This document shows, one piece after another, positions 38,730-47,405 of a stretch of DNA of 64,000 nucleotides. Both the position numbers and the translations under genes were made by a program. Every line of letters begins with the position of its first letter. Position 1 is the stretch's first letter. A model generated the notes under the pieces. It had not been told where the DNA came from and did no database searches. It worked only from the letters and a program-made list of their open reading frames with translations. Source of the DNA: a phage; the sequence record OZ346219.1; one strand, 5' to 3'.

Positions 38730-40224
38730 CGAATACCTCTTTTACTGTATTTGCAGTGGTCTTGTCGTATCGAATACGTTTGATGATCGGGAGAAATAAA
38801 GAGAACTCCGGTTCATCTTCTTTACGTGATTTGCTGCGGATATACCCGTTGCATGTCATCTCAATGACTTTTCCAATCAGGTTATGACGGTCAGCCCATA
38901 ACATTTCTCGGTCGAGTTCATTTCGACGATCGAACGGAATTACACGTTCAGTACCATCATCACCTTTTTCGGTTGTAGTGTCGGTTAATCCCGATCCGGT
39001 GTTAGTCATCATTCGTCCGCACGCACTACGGACAGTAAAACCGCCTACCTTATTGGGGTCTTTACTATGCGGATATACATCAACAATTTCCGCGTCGAAG
39101 TCAATCACTTCTTTAAATTTAACCTGATCTTTACTACGGCGATCTTCAAATACACCATGTAAATTTTTAAGGATAATACCTTCTAAGCCCATGTTGACAT
39201 AACGATGATATACTTCGCGAGCTTCATCGATATTGTTAACTACAGTGTTTTCGATGATCTGAACACGAGGATCGTTAAGTTCTTCAACAATCTGTTTTAG
39301 TTCTTCGAATCGATCTTTATATTGCTTCGTTGCTTTCTCGTTTCCGTAATACACATCACGGTCGATAACATCCCAGACAGTGTAAACAATACATTGGGCT
39401 TCTTCTTTTGGAATAGTTCCTTTCAGTGATTTGTTGAGGATACCATTTCCGGTCTGACGATCTGCAACAACGGATTCTTTTACTGCTTCCGCTACTGGCG
39501 TTAATGGCATTTCCTCTTCTTCAAATATCCATGACAGAGTACCATCATAAACGCTTTCAACGAAGTTCTGCGCTGGTGTTTGCGAAAGGGTAGGCATATA
39601 TACCAATTCCCCATCTAGAACAATTCCACGGCCTCGTAGACGCTCTAAAACCGCAAACAAATCATCAAGCCCTTGATAGGTATTACCTGAGCGGGTATAG
39701 ATTGCTAATGTTTCCCCGTCAATATCAGCCATACCACGAGCGCCATCGCTTTTAAGTTGTGCATACGCCGGATACTTGATATTAGCAATAGTCTTATCAG
39801 AACATGACGATGCAAGGTGGCACGGTTGCTGAGGGATCAGTTTCTTCCATACCTTGTTTGCGGTGGTAGCGGAACAACCGCATTCCAGATCACGATTCAG
39901 GACCATCATTGCAACTTTAGCATCATCCTCTGACAAGCAAGTCAGAGTATCGGTAACTAGCTGTAATGCTGCATTACCAGTTACTTGACGCGTGGCAAGT
40001 TTATTTTTAAAGACCTGTAATGCACCGGATAAAGACAATACAGACGAATAGCGAGATGGTTTATCGTATTTCTTTACGCCAAACGTAACCTGTTTGCAAT
40101 ATGCCAGATAAAAGCATTCTTTCAGCGTTTCATTGCTTGCTGATTCTTTCAGAATCTTTTCTTTCAGCGATGTTTTGTCTGTTGCTGCAAGCTGATTAAT
40201 GATATTAAGAATTGACATTTTCAC
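38722..40224 (-). CDS. 30: ATP-dependent DNA ligase gp30
   Basis: 500 aa; adenylation motif AQLKSDGAR; LDGELVY, GLEGIILK, KFKEVID as in T4 ligase. Confidence 0.92.
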   Translation of the reverse strand: MKMSILNIINQLAATDKTSLKEKILKESASNETLKECFYLAYCKQVTFGVKKYDKPSRYSSVLSLSGALQVFKNKLATRQVTGNAALQLVTDTLTCLSEDDAKVAMMVLNRDLECGCSATTANKVWKKLIPQQPCHLASSCSDKTIANIKYPAYAQLKSDGARGMADIDGETLAIYTRSGNTYQGLDDLFAVLERLRGRGIVLDGELVYMPTLSQTPAQNFVESVYDGTLSWIFEEEEMPLTPVAEAVKESVVADRQTGNGILNKSLKGTIPKEEAQCIVYTVWDVIDRDVYYGNEKATKQYKDRFEELKQIVEELNDPRVQIIENTVVNNIDEAREVYHRYVNMGLEGIILKNLHGVFEDRRSKDQVKFKEVIDFDAEIVDVYPHSKDPNKVGGFTVRSACGRMMTNTGSGLTDTTTEKGDDGTERVIPFDRRNELDREMLWADRHNLIGKVIEMTCNGYIRSKSRKEDEPEFSLFLPIIKRIRYDKTTANTVKEVFDV

Positions 40225-40684
40225 CTCGTTTTGTTAAACGTTCACGAATATCATTGAGGATACTACAAAATTCCGATTCAGTCAATATAGTCTTTAACGG
40301 ATCAGTTCCACCTATACTATGACGTAATTTCTTATTTCCGGTAGCGAGTAATGCTTTACAAAATTCTGGGTTATTCCGTGCCATCGTAACAAATGCCAGA
40401 TGCACCAGTCTGTAATAATGCTCACTCATTCGATGAATCGGGCGACCCTGAAAATATAACAGGTGATTCTCAATCTTTTCAGTTCTTCCGGTTCTTTTTG
40501 CTTTGCCACCGTGCATCAAAAAGATTTCTCTTTGTCTCTGAGGGTTCTTAAATCTTAGCCCCTGTAAAAATCCTTCTGTGCTGTTAATATCGCAACCAAA
40601 TAAACGGAATGGTCTTTTATTGAAATTACTCAATTCACCCGATGGATAAGGTCCACCCGCATAGATATCAATTTCAGAAGTCAT
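40205..40684 (-). CDS. NADAR (YbiA-like) domain protein
   Basis: 159 aa; LSNF..RPF.LFG, STEGFLQG, LLATGNKKL resemble NADAR/DUF1768 pattern. Confidence 0.5.
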   Translation of the reverse strand: MTSEIDIYAGGPYPSGELSNFNKRPFRLFGCDINSTEGFLQGLRFKNPQRQREIFLMHGGKAKRTGRTEKIENHLLYFQGRPIHRMSEHYYRLVHLAFVTMARNNPEFCKALLATGNKKLRHSIGGTDPLKTILTESEFCSILNDIRERLTKRGENVNS

Positions 40685-40859
40685 TGAAACTAATCTCGCT
40701 AATCAGAGAGAACGGATCATAATCGTCATTAGGAATATCGATAGTAATCGAATGAGGATTTACCCATACACCAAACTGGTCTTCTTCGGTGAATACTTCG
40801 GTATGGATTTCGTGGATGTTTACATTCATAGTTTTCATAATAAATTCCTTAATAATCAA
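40674..40859 (-). CDS. hypothetical protein (61 aa)
   Basis: ORF only. Confidence 0.35.
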   Translation of the reverse strand: MIIKEFIMKTMNVNIHEIHTEVFTEEDQFGVWVNPHSITIDIPNDDYDPFSLISEISFNDF

Positions 40860-40881
40860 TAACTTACAAAATCATATAGCC

Positions 40882-40908
40882 AAAATATAGGCGGGATTAT
40901 TTCCCGCC
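40882..40908 (-). terminator. rho-independent terminator (leftward) after gene 31
   Basis: A-rich run + ggcggga ttatt tcccgcc. Confidence 0.55.
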
Positions 40909-40919
40909 GTTTAAAATCA

Positions 40920-41243
40920 TTAACCGTAAACTACCACAATATTCTGTTTGTGCGTTACAGTCCATTTCAGGTCGATCTCTTCTTCCTTCTTAACGCCGTT
41001 AATAACGTCTGGATGAGGAACTTTATTCATCTTGCCATGTGGCAGTAGAACAGTTTTACCCAGCAATTCTTTATCTACCGTCTCGCCAATATCAATAATC
41101 TTACCTACCAGCGGAATCTCGCCCATAGTGCGCTTTTGCTCAATAATGATCCCAATAGAGCTTTTTACTTCTGTCCCTGCGCTTTCTGCTTTAGCTTCAA
41201 TGATCACATAGTCACCAAGTGCTTTAGGAGTTTTAACGGTCAT
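40920..41243 (-). CDS. 31: co-chaperonin gp31 (GroES-like)
   Basis: 107 aa; GDYVII...G.II...V..G.....G..V.L; position as T4 gene 31. Confidence 0.75.
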   Translation of the reverse strand: MTVKTPKALGDYVIIEAKAESAGTEVKSSIGIIIEQKRTMGEIPLVGKIIDIGETVDKELLGKTVLLPHGKMNKVPHPDVINGVKKEEEIDLKWTVTHKQNIVVVYG

Positions 41244-41284
41244 AATTTTATTACCTCTTCAAATCAATACAGTTTAATGATGAA

Positions 41285-41605
41285 TTATTTATAAATTTCG
41301 ACGATCTGCGCTGGAGTCAGCCCGTCTACATTAATCAGAGTATCAAGCCCAAAACTACGGAAACCTTCAACTGCAATTTCATATACTGGCAAAGATGTTT
41401 CTGATTCTTTACGCGGTTTTTCAACATTAGGAACTAACCACTTTTCGTATGTTTCAAACGGCATCAGTGCCGGATCTCGCGTGGCGATCATCTCACGGAC
41501 AGTACCATCTTTCTTAGTAAACTGCAAAGAGTGAGTACCGACCGAAAACATTTTCTTTAGTGCTTCACGAAGTGCGATATTATCAACTTGTTCAGTCATT
41601 ATCAA
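41285..41605 (-). CDS. hypothetical protein (position of T4 31.1)
   Basis: 106 aa ORF. Confidence 0.55.
   Translation of the reverse strand: MIMTEQVDNIALREALKKMFSVGTHSLQFTKKDGTVREMIATRDPALMPFETYEKWLVPNVEKPRKESETSLPVYEIAVEGFRSFGLDTLINVDGLTPAQIVEIYK
41286..41293 (-). promoter_or_regulatory. possible T4-type late promoter for gene 31
   Basis: TATAAATA on - strand 43 nt upstream of gp31 ATG. Confidence 0.3.
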
Positions 41606-42098
41606 TACCCTTCAAATCAGTCAATAATGCTTTTGGAATACGCGTGATCGTAATATCTGCATTATTCAGAATATCAGCCCAATCACGCCCACCATTTCGG
41701 TCATATGTGTCGCAATAGTATAGATGTTTGATTCCACTGTTTGCAATTGCTTTAGCGCAATCTGGACAAGGTGAAGCAGTGCACCACATACTAGCGCCTT
41801 CAATCGATACACCGCTACGGGCAGCAAACAAAATAGCATTTAATTCAGCGTGGATCTCGTTTTTATGTGACCATGCACTATGCTCTGGCCGTTTTTCTGG
41901 GATCATTTTGCCGTCATCATCCAGCCAACCGCTTTTATGTGCATGACAGCTACAATTTACTTGCCCTGCTGGAGTGCCGTTAAATCCAGTAGAAATGATT
42001 CGCCCGTCTTTTTCAATTAGTGCGCCTACCTTCCACGAAACACATTTAGAGTTCTTTGCGATTAGATAGGCGATCTGCATGTAAGTTTGTGACAACAT
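41592..42098 (-). CDS. cd: dCMP deaminase
   Basis: 168 aa; zinc-binding HAELNAI and PCPDCAKAI motifs. Confidence 0.88.
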   Translation of the reverse strand: MLSQTYMQIAYLIAKNSKCVSWKVGALIEKDGRIISTGFNGTPAGQVNCSCHAHKSGWLDDDGKMIPEKRPEHSAWSHKNEIHAELNAILFAARSGVSIEGASMWCTASPCPDCAKAIANSGIKHLYYCDTYDRNGGRDWADILNNADITITRIPKALLTDLKGIDND

Positions 42099-42119
42099 AA
42101 TATAATCCTCACATATTAA

Positions 42120-42323
42120 TTAACCGTATACGCGAAAGTATTCTACTGATCCGTCGCTATACTGTTTTACATTGAATGTATTCACGCCATGATCATTGCT
42201 CATAATGACATACACACTGCGACGCTCATCACTAAACGGGTTAACTGGTGCTGGTTCAATTTCAACATTAAAACCACGTTTAGCAAGTGCTTCGCCTAAT
42301 TTCTTGAGTTTATCGGTAAACAT
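42120..42323 (-). CDS. hypothetical protein (67 aa)
   Basis: ORF only. Confidence 0.45.
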   Translation of the reverse strand: MFTDKLKKLGEALAKRGFNVEIEPAPVNPFSDERRSVYVIMSNDHGVNTFNVKQYSDGSVEYFRVYG

Positions 42324-43222
42324 TAAAAGTCTCCGTAGTTAACCTGAAAACATTCTACACCAATTGAGCGATACATGTCAACCACTTGATCACGGTCATC
42401 TACCGCCAAAACAACATGATAACGCGGTGCAATTTCAGAGAAGAAGATCTCTTTCTTCACTTCATGATCAGGACGACGATCATTAGTTTCACGTTGAAAG
42501 TGATCACTCGGTTCAATACCCTGTTCACGCAACCATTGCAGAGTATCTTCTTCGCAAACATCCTCACGCCCTGAGCATGTAATGATACGATAACCATTAT
42601 CACGATACAGTTTAAGCATTTCGACCACTTGCGGACGAGGTTTATCTTCTTTGACCTTTGTCCAGTCAAACGGATGACGACCGCCCTTATCCGCTAATGT
42701 CCCATCAATATCAAAGATCACTGCCTTTGGCAGCATGGTATTCGGTTTGTATACTTCTTGACCCATATATTCCTGCATCAGATAAAATTGGTTGCGCAAA
42801 TGAGAAAGTGGAATTGCTTTCTCACCGCGATAGAAATTACGTTTCTTTAGTGTCTCAAATGATTCATTGAACACTTGTTCAGTATACACCGCGTTAAATT
42901 CTTTTGCAAGTTCTTTGTAGAATACACGATGTTTTTCTTTCAGGTTGGTATCAGAGATAATGATACTTAATCCGCGTGATAGAGTCTCACGAGCAATCAT
43001 TCTCTGAATAGACTCTACCAGCTTTTCTTTTTCCTTAGTATACTTGTATTTCAAATGTGAGTCAACACCAAACAACATAAGACGAAGATCATCACGATTC
43101 ACATTACGATAATTACTAAACCGTTTACATGTTTCCATCGCCCATGTAGTTTTACCGGACCCAGAACAACCAACGGTTAAAATCACTTCACATTTCGGCA
43201 TTATTTCTCCTTCGGTTTGCAC
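42323..43222 (-). CDS. pseT: polynucleotide kinase / 3'-phosphatase PseT
   Basis: 299 aa; P-loop GCSGSGKTTWA; HAD motif AVIFDIDGTLA; RIGVECFQV as in T4 PseT. Confidence 0.92.
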   Translation of the reverse strand: MQTEGEIMPKCEVILTVGCSGSGKTTWAMETCKRFSNYRNVNRDDLRLMLFGVDSHLKYKYTKEKEKLVESIQRMIARETLSRGLSIIISDTNLKEKHRVFYKELAKEFNAVYTEQVFNESFETLKKRNFYRGEKAIPLSHLRNQFYLMQEYMGQEVYKPNTMLPKAVIFDIDGTLADKGGRHPFDWTKVKEDKPRPQVVEMLKLYRDNGYRIITCSGREDVCEEDTLQWLREQGIEPSDHFQRETNDRRPDHEVKKEIFFSEIAPRYHVVLAVDDRDQVVDMYRSIGVECFQVNYGDF

Positions 43223-43533
43223 CGTTCCTCATTAAGTTCTTTTCGATAATAACACATGATCAACTTACTTTCAAGTGTATATCTCTTAATATCCGCAAGC
43301 CAGACTCTGAATTTTTGGGAGTCCTCCCACGACATAGAAACTCTAGGTTTACCGTCTATTGTATCCACTTTCAGGTCAATGTCAACTTTTTCTATTGGTG
43401 CTGGTAGTGGAGGATGTAATTTCGGTTCCTGTGAATAATGGTCCATTGTACACGAAGAAAGCGCAAATACAATAGGCAAAGCGAAGACATGGATTATGGA
43501 GGTCTGAAAATTCTTATGTGCTTTCTTAAACAT
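43201..43533 (-). CDS. putative o-spanin (outer-membrane lipoprotein)
   Basis: start set at internal MFKKAHKNF; lipobox LSSC; Pro-rich PKLHPPLPAP; track ORF extends to 43653. Confidence 0.5.
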   Translation of the reverse strand: MFKKAHKNFQTSIIHVFALPIVFALSSCTMDHYSQEPKLHPPLPAPIEKVDIDLKVDTIDGKPRVSMSWEDSQKFRVWLADIKRYTLESKLIMCYYRKELNEERCKPKEK

Positions 43534-43649
43534 CCAGTGTATCACGAAAATTGAAAACACCATCAGGATAATAATGCTTGCACCTATCCACAGATAATCA
43601 ACCAGATTAAAATTGCTTATCTGCTCTTGTGTAGGCAATATTTCTATGC

Positions 43650-43973
43650 TCATTTAGTAGCCTCCTTTAATTCTTCGGTAAACTCCTTAAATGAATCATT
43701 AAGCTGTTTCTCTACCAACTTTGGTTTTTGTGCTACTACATAGCCTCGTGTAGCGTCTTTCATTGCTTTGTTTTGTTCTTCCGCAAACTTAGTTCTTATT
43801 CCATACATCTCCTTTTGTAGTGAGTCTACGACCTTCATCTTTTCATCGGTCTTTTTCTTATACTCTGTAAATTCCTGATTCAGTCGATCTACCTCCTTTT
43901 TATTTTCCCACCACATATTACCACCTACCCCTAGCAACACAGAGATGATAACAATGTATATCAGCTTTGACAT
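43650..43973 (-). CDS. putative i-spanin
   Basis: start set at MSKLIYIVIISVLLGVGG (N-terminal TMD) then coiled-coil; position of T4 pseT.3. Confidence 0.5.
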   Translation of the reverse strand: MSKLIYIVIISVLLGVGGNMWWENKKEVDRLNQEFTEYKKKTDEKMKVVDSLQKEMYGIRTKFAEEQNKAMKDATRGYVVAQKPKLVEKQLNDSFKEFTEELKEATK

Positions 43974-43988
43974 ATTACCCCCAACGAC

Positions 43989-44011
43989 AAAAGGCGGGGA
44001 ACTAGCCCCGC
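43989..44011 (-). terminator. rho-independent terminator (leftward) after rnlA
   Basis: A-run + ggcgggg aactag ccccgc. Confidence 0.55.
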
Positions 44012-44017
44012 TTATTA

Positions 44018-45187
44018 TTACCAATCAATCTTATCAGCCGGAATAAGTTTCTTATAATTCCGTAGATAGTAAGTTTTCATTGAATCCAGAATACGGTCAT
44101 AATCAAGACCATCAAATGCAATCATCAGACACATGAAAATATATGCTTGTGCATCACCATGTTTACGTGATTCGATAGTCGCATTTGATGCATATGTCTT
44201 TCTGTCTTCTCCCGCGTGTGCGTTATAAAATTCTGTTGCTGTCGTGAAGGCATTGCGAAGAATAGACCTGAATGCTTCCTCGAATAGCTCGATTCGTTCC
44301 AGTGCTTCCGGTTCGCCTTCATATGCAGCACGCAAATCATCGGTTTCGCTTTCTACGACATAGTAGATCAGGTTATTAGGAAACATCGATGTGTTTTTAA
44401 TGTTATGCACACCAATATACCATTCACTCTTCACTTTGAACATTTGACCGTCTTTAGTGCGTGCAACAATTCCTTCGATACCTTCTGCGGTCCGAACTTC
44501 ATCAAGAATATTGCTAAAACGCGCTGAATCAACCTGTAACGCATTTACCAGATGAGGACGTAGGATTGCGTCAGAAAATAGCATTTGATGCGGTACGTAC
44601 TCTCCTGTGACGTTATGGCGTACATTCAGAAGTGTTAGCGACGGTTCAGAATATTCTACAACAATTCGGTTGCTGGGCGCTGTATATTCAAAGTTGAAAG
44701 TATAATCAGACCCAATATCAGCAATCTTAGCGCGTAGATCCGCATACTTCTCTGAATACAGAAGACCGTTTGCTCTCTCTGCCTGGCTTGAGTACAAGGC
44801 CGCTTTAGACTTCAACTGAACATAGCCGTTATCAATGTAGGTGCTTACTAGACTACCGTCCATTTTGTCCATGACCATTTCCACATCTTCCGGCTTAAAG
44901 CGAGCGCGATCATTCTCACCCAAATTAAAAAACTTCTCCATAGGACGAGATGCAATGCGGACAGGTCGGTCTTTATCATCGATTTCAAACATGATCCCGC
45001 GACACTCTAACGCATCTGGTTTATTCCACATTTCCGGTTTGCTCAAGTACAGATAACTAAAAATGCGCATACGGGTTTGCATCGCCGTAATTTCATCTTT
45101 GTAATAGAACGTATCAGATCCGTCACATAGTGCCATCAGATTTTTGAACAATGCTAAAACTTTTTTGTTGTTTTCTTTTGTTGACAT
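44018..45187 (-). CDS. rnlA: RNA ligase 1 (RnlA, gp63)
   Basis: 389 aa; ALECRGIMFE, PVRIASRPMEKFFNL, nucleotidyltransferase KMDGSLV, NFE..AP.NRIV as in T4 RnlA. Confidence 0.92.
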   Translation of the reverse strand: MSTKENNKKVLALFKNLMALCDGSDTFYYKDEITAMQTRMRIFSYLYLSKPEMWNKPDALECRGIMFEIDDKDRPVRIASRPMEKFFNLGENDRARFKPEDVEMVMDKMDGSLVSTYIDNGYVQLKSKAALYSSQAERANGLLYSEKYADLRAKIADIGSDYTFNFEYTAPSNRIVVEYSEPSLTLLNVRHNVTGEYVPHQMLFSDAILRPHLVNALQVDSARFSNILDEVRTAEGIEGIVARTKDGQMFKVKSEWYIGVHNIKNTSMFPNNLIYYVVESETDDLRAAYEGEPEALERIELFEEAFRSILRNAFTTATEFYNAHAGEDRKTYASNATIESRKHGDAQAYIFMCLMIAFDGLDYDRILDSMKTYYLRNYKKLIPADKIDW

Positions 45188-45584
45188 AATTTGTGTTCCA
45201 TTCTGGTTTAAATTTGGTGATCAAAACAGGTTCTTCGATATCGGCAGTGCTTATAATATCCTTACCCGTTGGATTCTCAATATATAACTCAAAGCACTGG
45301 CGGTAATAGAATGTTACTGTCTTACCTTCCTCTAGCGCCTTATGAATATTCTTACTCTTGCGAGTATCCGCTGTTGGTGTTTGTCTGTTAATGCTAGTCC
45401 GGTAATAATTGATCCGCTTTCTGAGATTGACAGTCTGACCAATATATACCAGTTCATCATCAACAACAATAGCGTAAAGAACATTTAAACGGTTCTTCTG
45501 AGGCGGCAGAATCACATCACCATCTTTACACTCTAAACATGAATATTTAACGAATCCATAGTTTTCTATTAGCTCATTAATCAT
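45123..45584 (-). CDS. denA: endonuclease II (DenA), GIY-YIG family
   Basis: 153 aa; NVLYAIVVDDELVYIGQTVNLRKRINYYRT...EEP as in T4 DenA. Confidence 0.85.
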   Translation of the reverse strand: MINELIENYGFVKYSCLECKDGDVILPPQKNRLNVLYAIVVDDELVYIGQTVNLRKRINYYRTSINRQTPTADTRKSKNIHKALEEGKTVTFYYRQCFELYIENPTGKDIISTADIEEPVLITKFKPEWNTNYVNKRKQQKSFSIVQKSDGTM

Positions 45585-45604
45585 TATCCTTTCCTCACGT
45601 CACA

Positions 45605-45627
45605 ACAAAGGCGGGATTTCTCCCGCC
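45605..45627 (-). terminator. stem-loop / terminator (leftward)
   Basis: ggcggga tttc tcccgcc. Confidence 0.45.
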
Positions 45628-45634
45628 CGCCTTA

Positions 45635-46033
45635 TTAACTTTCCAGAATATCGCGAGCTTCGTTACGCTCCTTGATGATTTTCAGGACAAATTCCAGTTT
45701 TTCTTTGTTCAGCGTTCCATTTTCCATTGCTTCTTTGACGGTAAACACTCCGCCACCTTGCCCGTATACAGTGACAGTGATTTCACCTAACATCGTGGTA
45801 TGAAAACCGCCAATTTTCGGTGATTCGAAAGAAACAATTACCTCGCGAACAGTATTACCGTCGTTGATTTCTGAGAGGGTAATGTCGTTTTTGTAGGCGG
45901 TTGCTTTAACCATACGGATCAGCATAGTCTGATCTGGGGAGATGGTCATTTTGTCCATTGCATGTTGCAATGCAGCGTAACCGAAAACTTTAACGAAGTC
46001 CAGAACATCTTTGCGAGTTTGAAATTTAATCAT
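45635..46033 (-). CDS. hypothetical protein (132 aa)
   Basis: ORF with promoter cassette upstream. Confidence 0.55.
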   Translation of the reverse strand: MIKFQTRKDVLDFVKVFGYAALQHAMDKMTISPDQTMLIRMVKATAYKNDITLSEINDGNTVREVIVSFESPKIGGFHTTMLGEITVTVYGQGGGVFTVKEAMENGTLNKEKLEFVLKIIKERNEARDILES

Positions 46034-46066
46034 CTTGATACTCCTTAGTTGTTTTGGTATGGGAGT

Positions 46067-46095
46067 ATCTTACTACTCCCGTGATATGCTGTCAA
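46067..46095 (-). promoter_or_regulatory. sigma70-like early promoter cassette with stem-loop (PeSL-like)
   Basis: TTGACA-N17-TAAGAT; gggagtatcttactactccc. Confidence 0.55.
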
Positions 46096-46104
46096 CTGCT
46101 TTTT

Positions 46105-46254
46105 TTATGCAACCGCAAACATCAACATTTGAACATTCTTGGCTGTCTGGCTTTCAAAGTTCTGACATTCTTTGATAATGTCCTCTACTTTCTCGCCGGA
46201 GATCTCCGCGTAAGTTTCGATTGCCATTTTCAGTACCGCGTCAAAGTTGTTCAT
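46105..46254 (-). CDS. small hypothetical protein (49 aa)
   Basis: leader RBS ggaga; below track cut-off. Confidence 0.35.
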   Translation of the reverse strand: MNNFDAVLKMAIETYAEISGEKVEDIIKECQNFESQTAKNVQMLMFAVA

Positions 46255-46292
46255 TTGATTCTCCTTAAAGTGTATTTCGTTTCGATGGGGGT

Positions 46293-46321
46293 ATATTACT
46301 ACCCCCGTTTCATGCTGTCAA
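46293..46321 (-). promoter_or_regulatory. sigma70-like early promoter cassette with stem-loop (PeSL-like)
   Basis: TTGACA-N17-TAATAT; gggggtatattactaccccc. Confidence 0.55.
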
Positions 46322-46540
46322 CTACTTTTTAATGACAAGTTCGAATTTTGCTACCTTGCGTCCTCGTTTATTGAAAGCAACCCACGGACGGTTTTCAATG
46401 TAGAACAATTCTTCGCCAATAATGAATACTGGCTGATTGTAAAGGCGACCCATCAGGTCACGCTGGCGAATGGTAGTAGATTCGTATACTTCGCCTACTA
46501 CAAAGTGTTTGCTGATAGAGTCGGTGCAAGTAAATTTCAT
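46322..46540 (-). CDS. hypothetical protein (72 aa)
   Basis: ORF with leader. Confidence 0.45.
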   Translation of the reverse strand: MKFTCTDSISKHFVVGEVYESTTIRQRDLMGRLYNQPVFIIGEELFYIENRPWVAFNKRGRKVAKFELVIKK

Positions 46541-46572
46541 TTTGATTCTCCTTTGTTTCGTTTCGATGGGAG

Positions 46573-46601
46573 TATCTTACTACCCCCGTTATTCAGTGTC
46601 A
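46573..46601 (-). promoter_or_regulatory. sigma70-like early promoter cassette with stem-loop (PeSL-like)
   Basis: TTGACA-N17-TAAGAT. Confidence 0.55.
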
Positions 46602-46609
46602 ACTACTTT

Positions 46610-46828
46610 TTACTTGTTGTATTCATTCCACCACTGGGTGAGCTTATCAATTATTTTTGTGTTTCTATCCAACTTCTCCCACCGTTTTCTAGGGTTTATC
46701 AACCGGAATAGGTAAGGTGTACTTGTTAAGTGAACTCGGTCAATGTAGTGATTGATATACTGCTTTTCAATTCTAAGTTTCATCTTTTTACGATGAAAAT
46801 ATGCAATGACTTGTTCTTCTGTTTCCAT
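46610..46828 (-). CDS. hypothetical protein (72 aa)
   Basis: ORF with leader. Confidence 0.45.
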   Translation of the reverse strand: METEEQVIAYFHRKKMKLRIEKQYINHYIDRVHLTSTPYLFRLINPRKRWEKLDRNTKIIDKLTQWWNEYNK

Positions 46829-46852
46829 ATGTTCCTCCGTTTCGATGTGCGT

Positions 46853-46881
46853 ATTATGCTATGGCAAGATCAGATTGTCAA
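46853..46881 (-). promoter_or_regulatory. sigma70-like early promoter cassette (PeSL-like)
   Basis: TTGACA-N17-CATAAT. Confidence 0.55.
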
Positions 46882-46891
46882 CACCCAATAA

Positions 46892-46917
46892 CAAAAAAGT
46901 CGCCACTATGGGCGACT
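46892..46917 (-). terminator. rho-independent terminator (leftward)
   Basis: A-run + agtcgcc actatg ggcgact. Confidence 0.55.
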
Positions 46918-46928
46918 TTGAACAAACA

Positions 46929-47405
46929 TTAATCATGACCGTGATTTGCAATATCCGCTCGCGTCTTATCTTTGTGATTTCCTACGTCAAAGACACGATA
47001 ACCATTTTCACGCAAAACTTTAATCACTTCTGGGTTATCCTCAAAGACTCCGACAACTTCATCTTTATCAAAGGATTTAATTACCTCTAATTTGATGTGA
47101 TAATCTTTACGGGAATCGGTACGGCCTCTCATAAAGATTTTATCAAAACACACCCCGTTAGAAATTAACCAATCAATTGTTTCCATGTAAGCATGTGAAC
47201 TTCGTCCGGTGAGGATGTAAATCAAATGCCCGTTGTCGGAAAGAGCATTGATAACACGGATTACATCGTAAATGGGGGAATCTCCCCCACATGCCTTGTT
47301 ATATTCGATCCATGACTCGACTTTATCAAGATTTTCGGTTGGCATCTTTGCTAGTCGATGCGTTGGATCTGTGATCGTAAAATCTAAATCGACAAAATAT
47401 ATCAT
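46929..47405 (-). CDS. HAD-superfamily phosphatase (PseT phosphatase-domain-like)
   Basis: 158 aa; N-terminal FVDLDFTITD, later ILTGR and GVFEDNPEVI resemble HAD motifs I-III. Confidence 0.55.
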   Translation of the reverse strand: MIYFVDLDFTITDPTHRLAKMPTENLDKVESWIEYNKACGGDSPIYDVIRVINALSDNGHLIYILTGRSSHAYMETIDWLISNGVCFDKIFMRGRTDSRKDYHIKLEVIKSFDKDEVVGVFEDNPEVIKVLRENGYRVFDVGNHKDKTRADIANHGHD

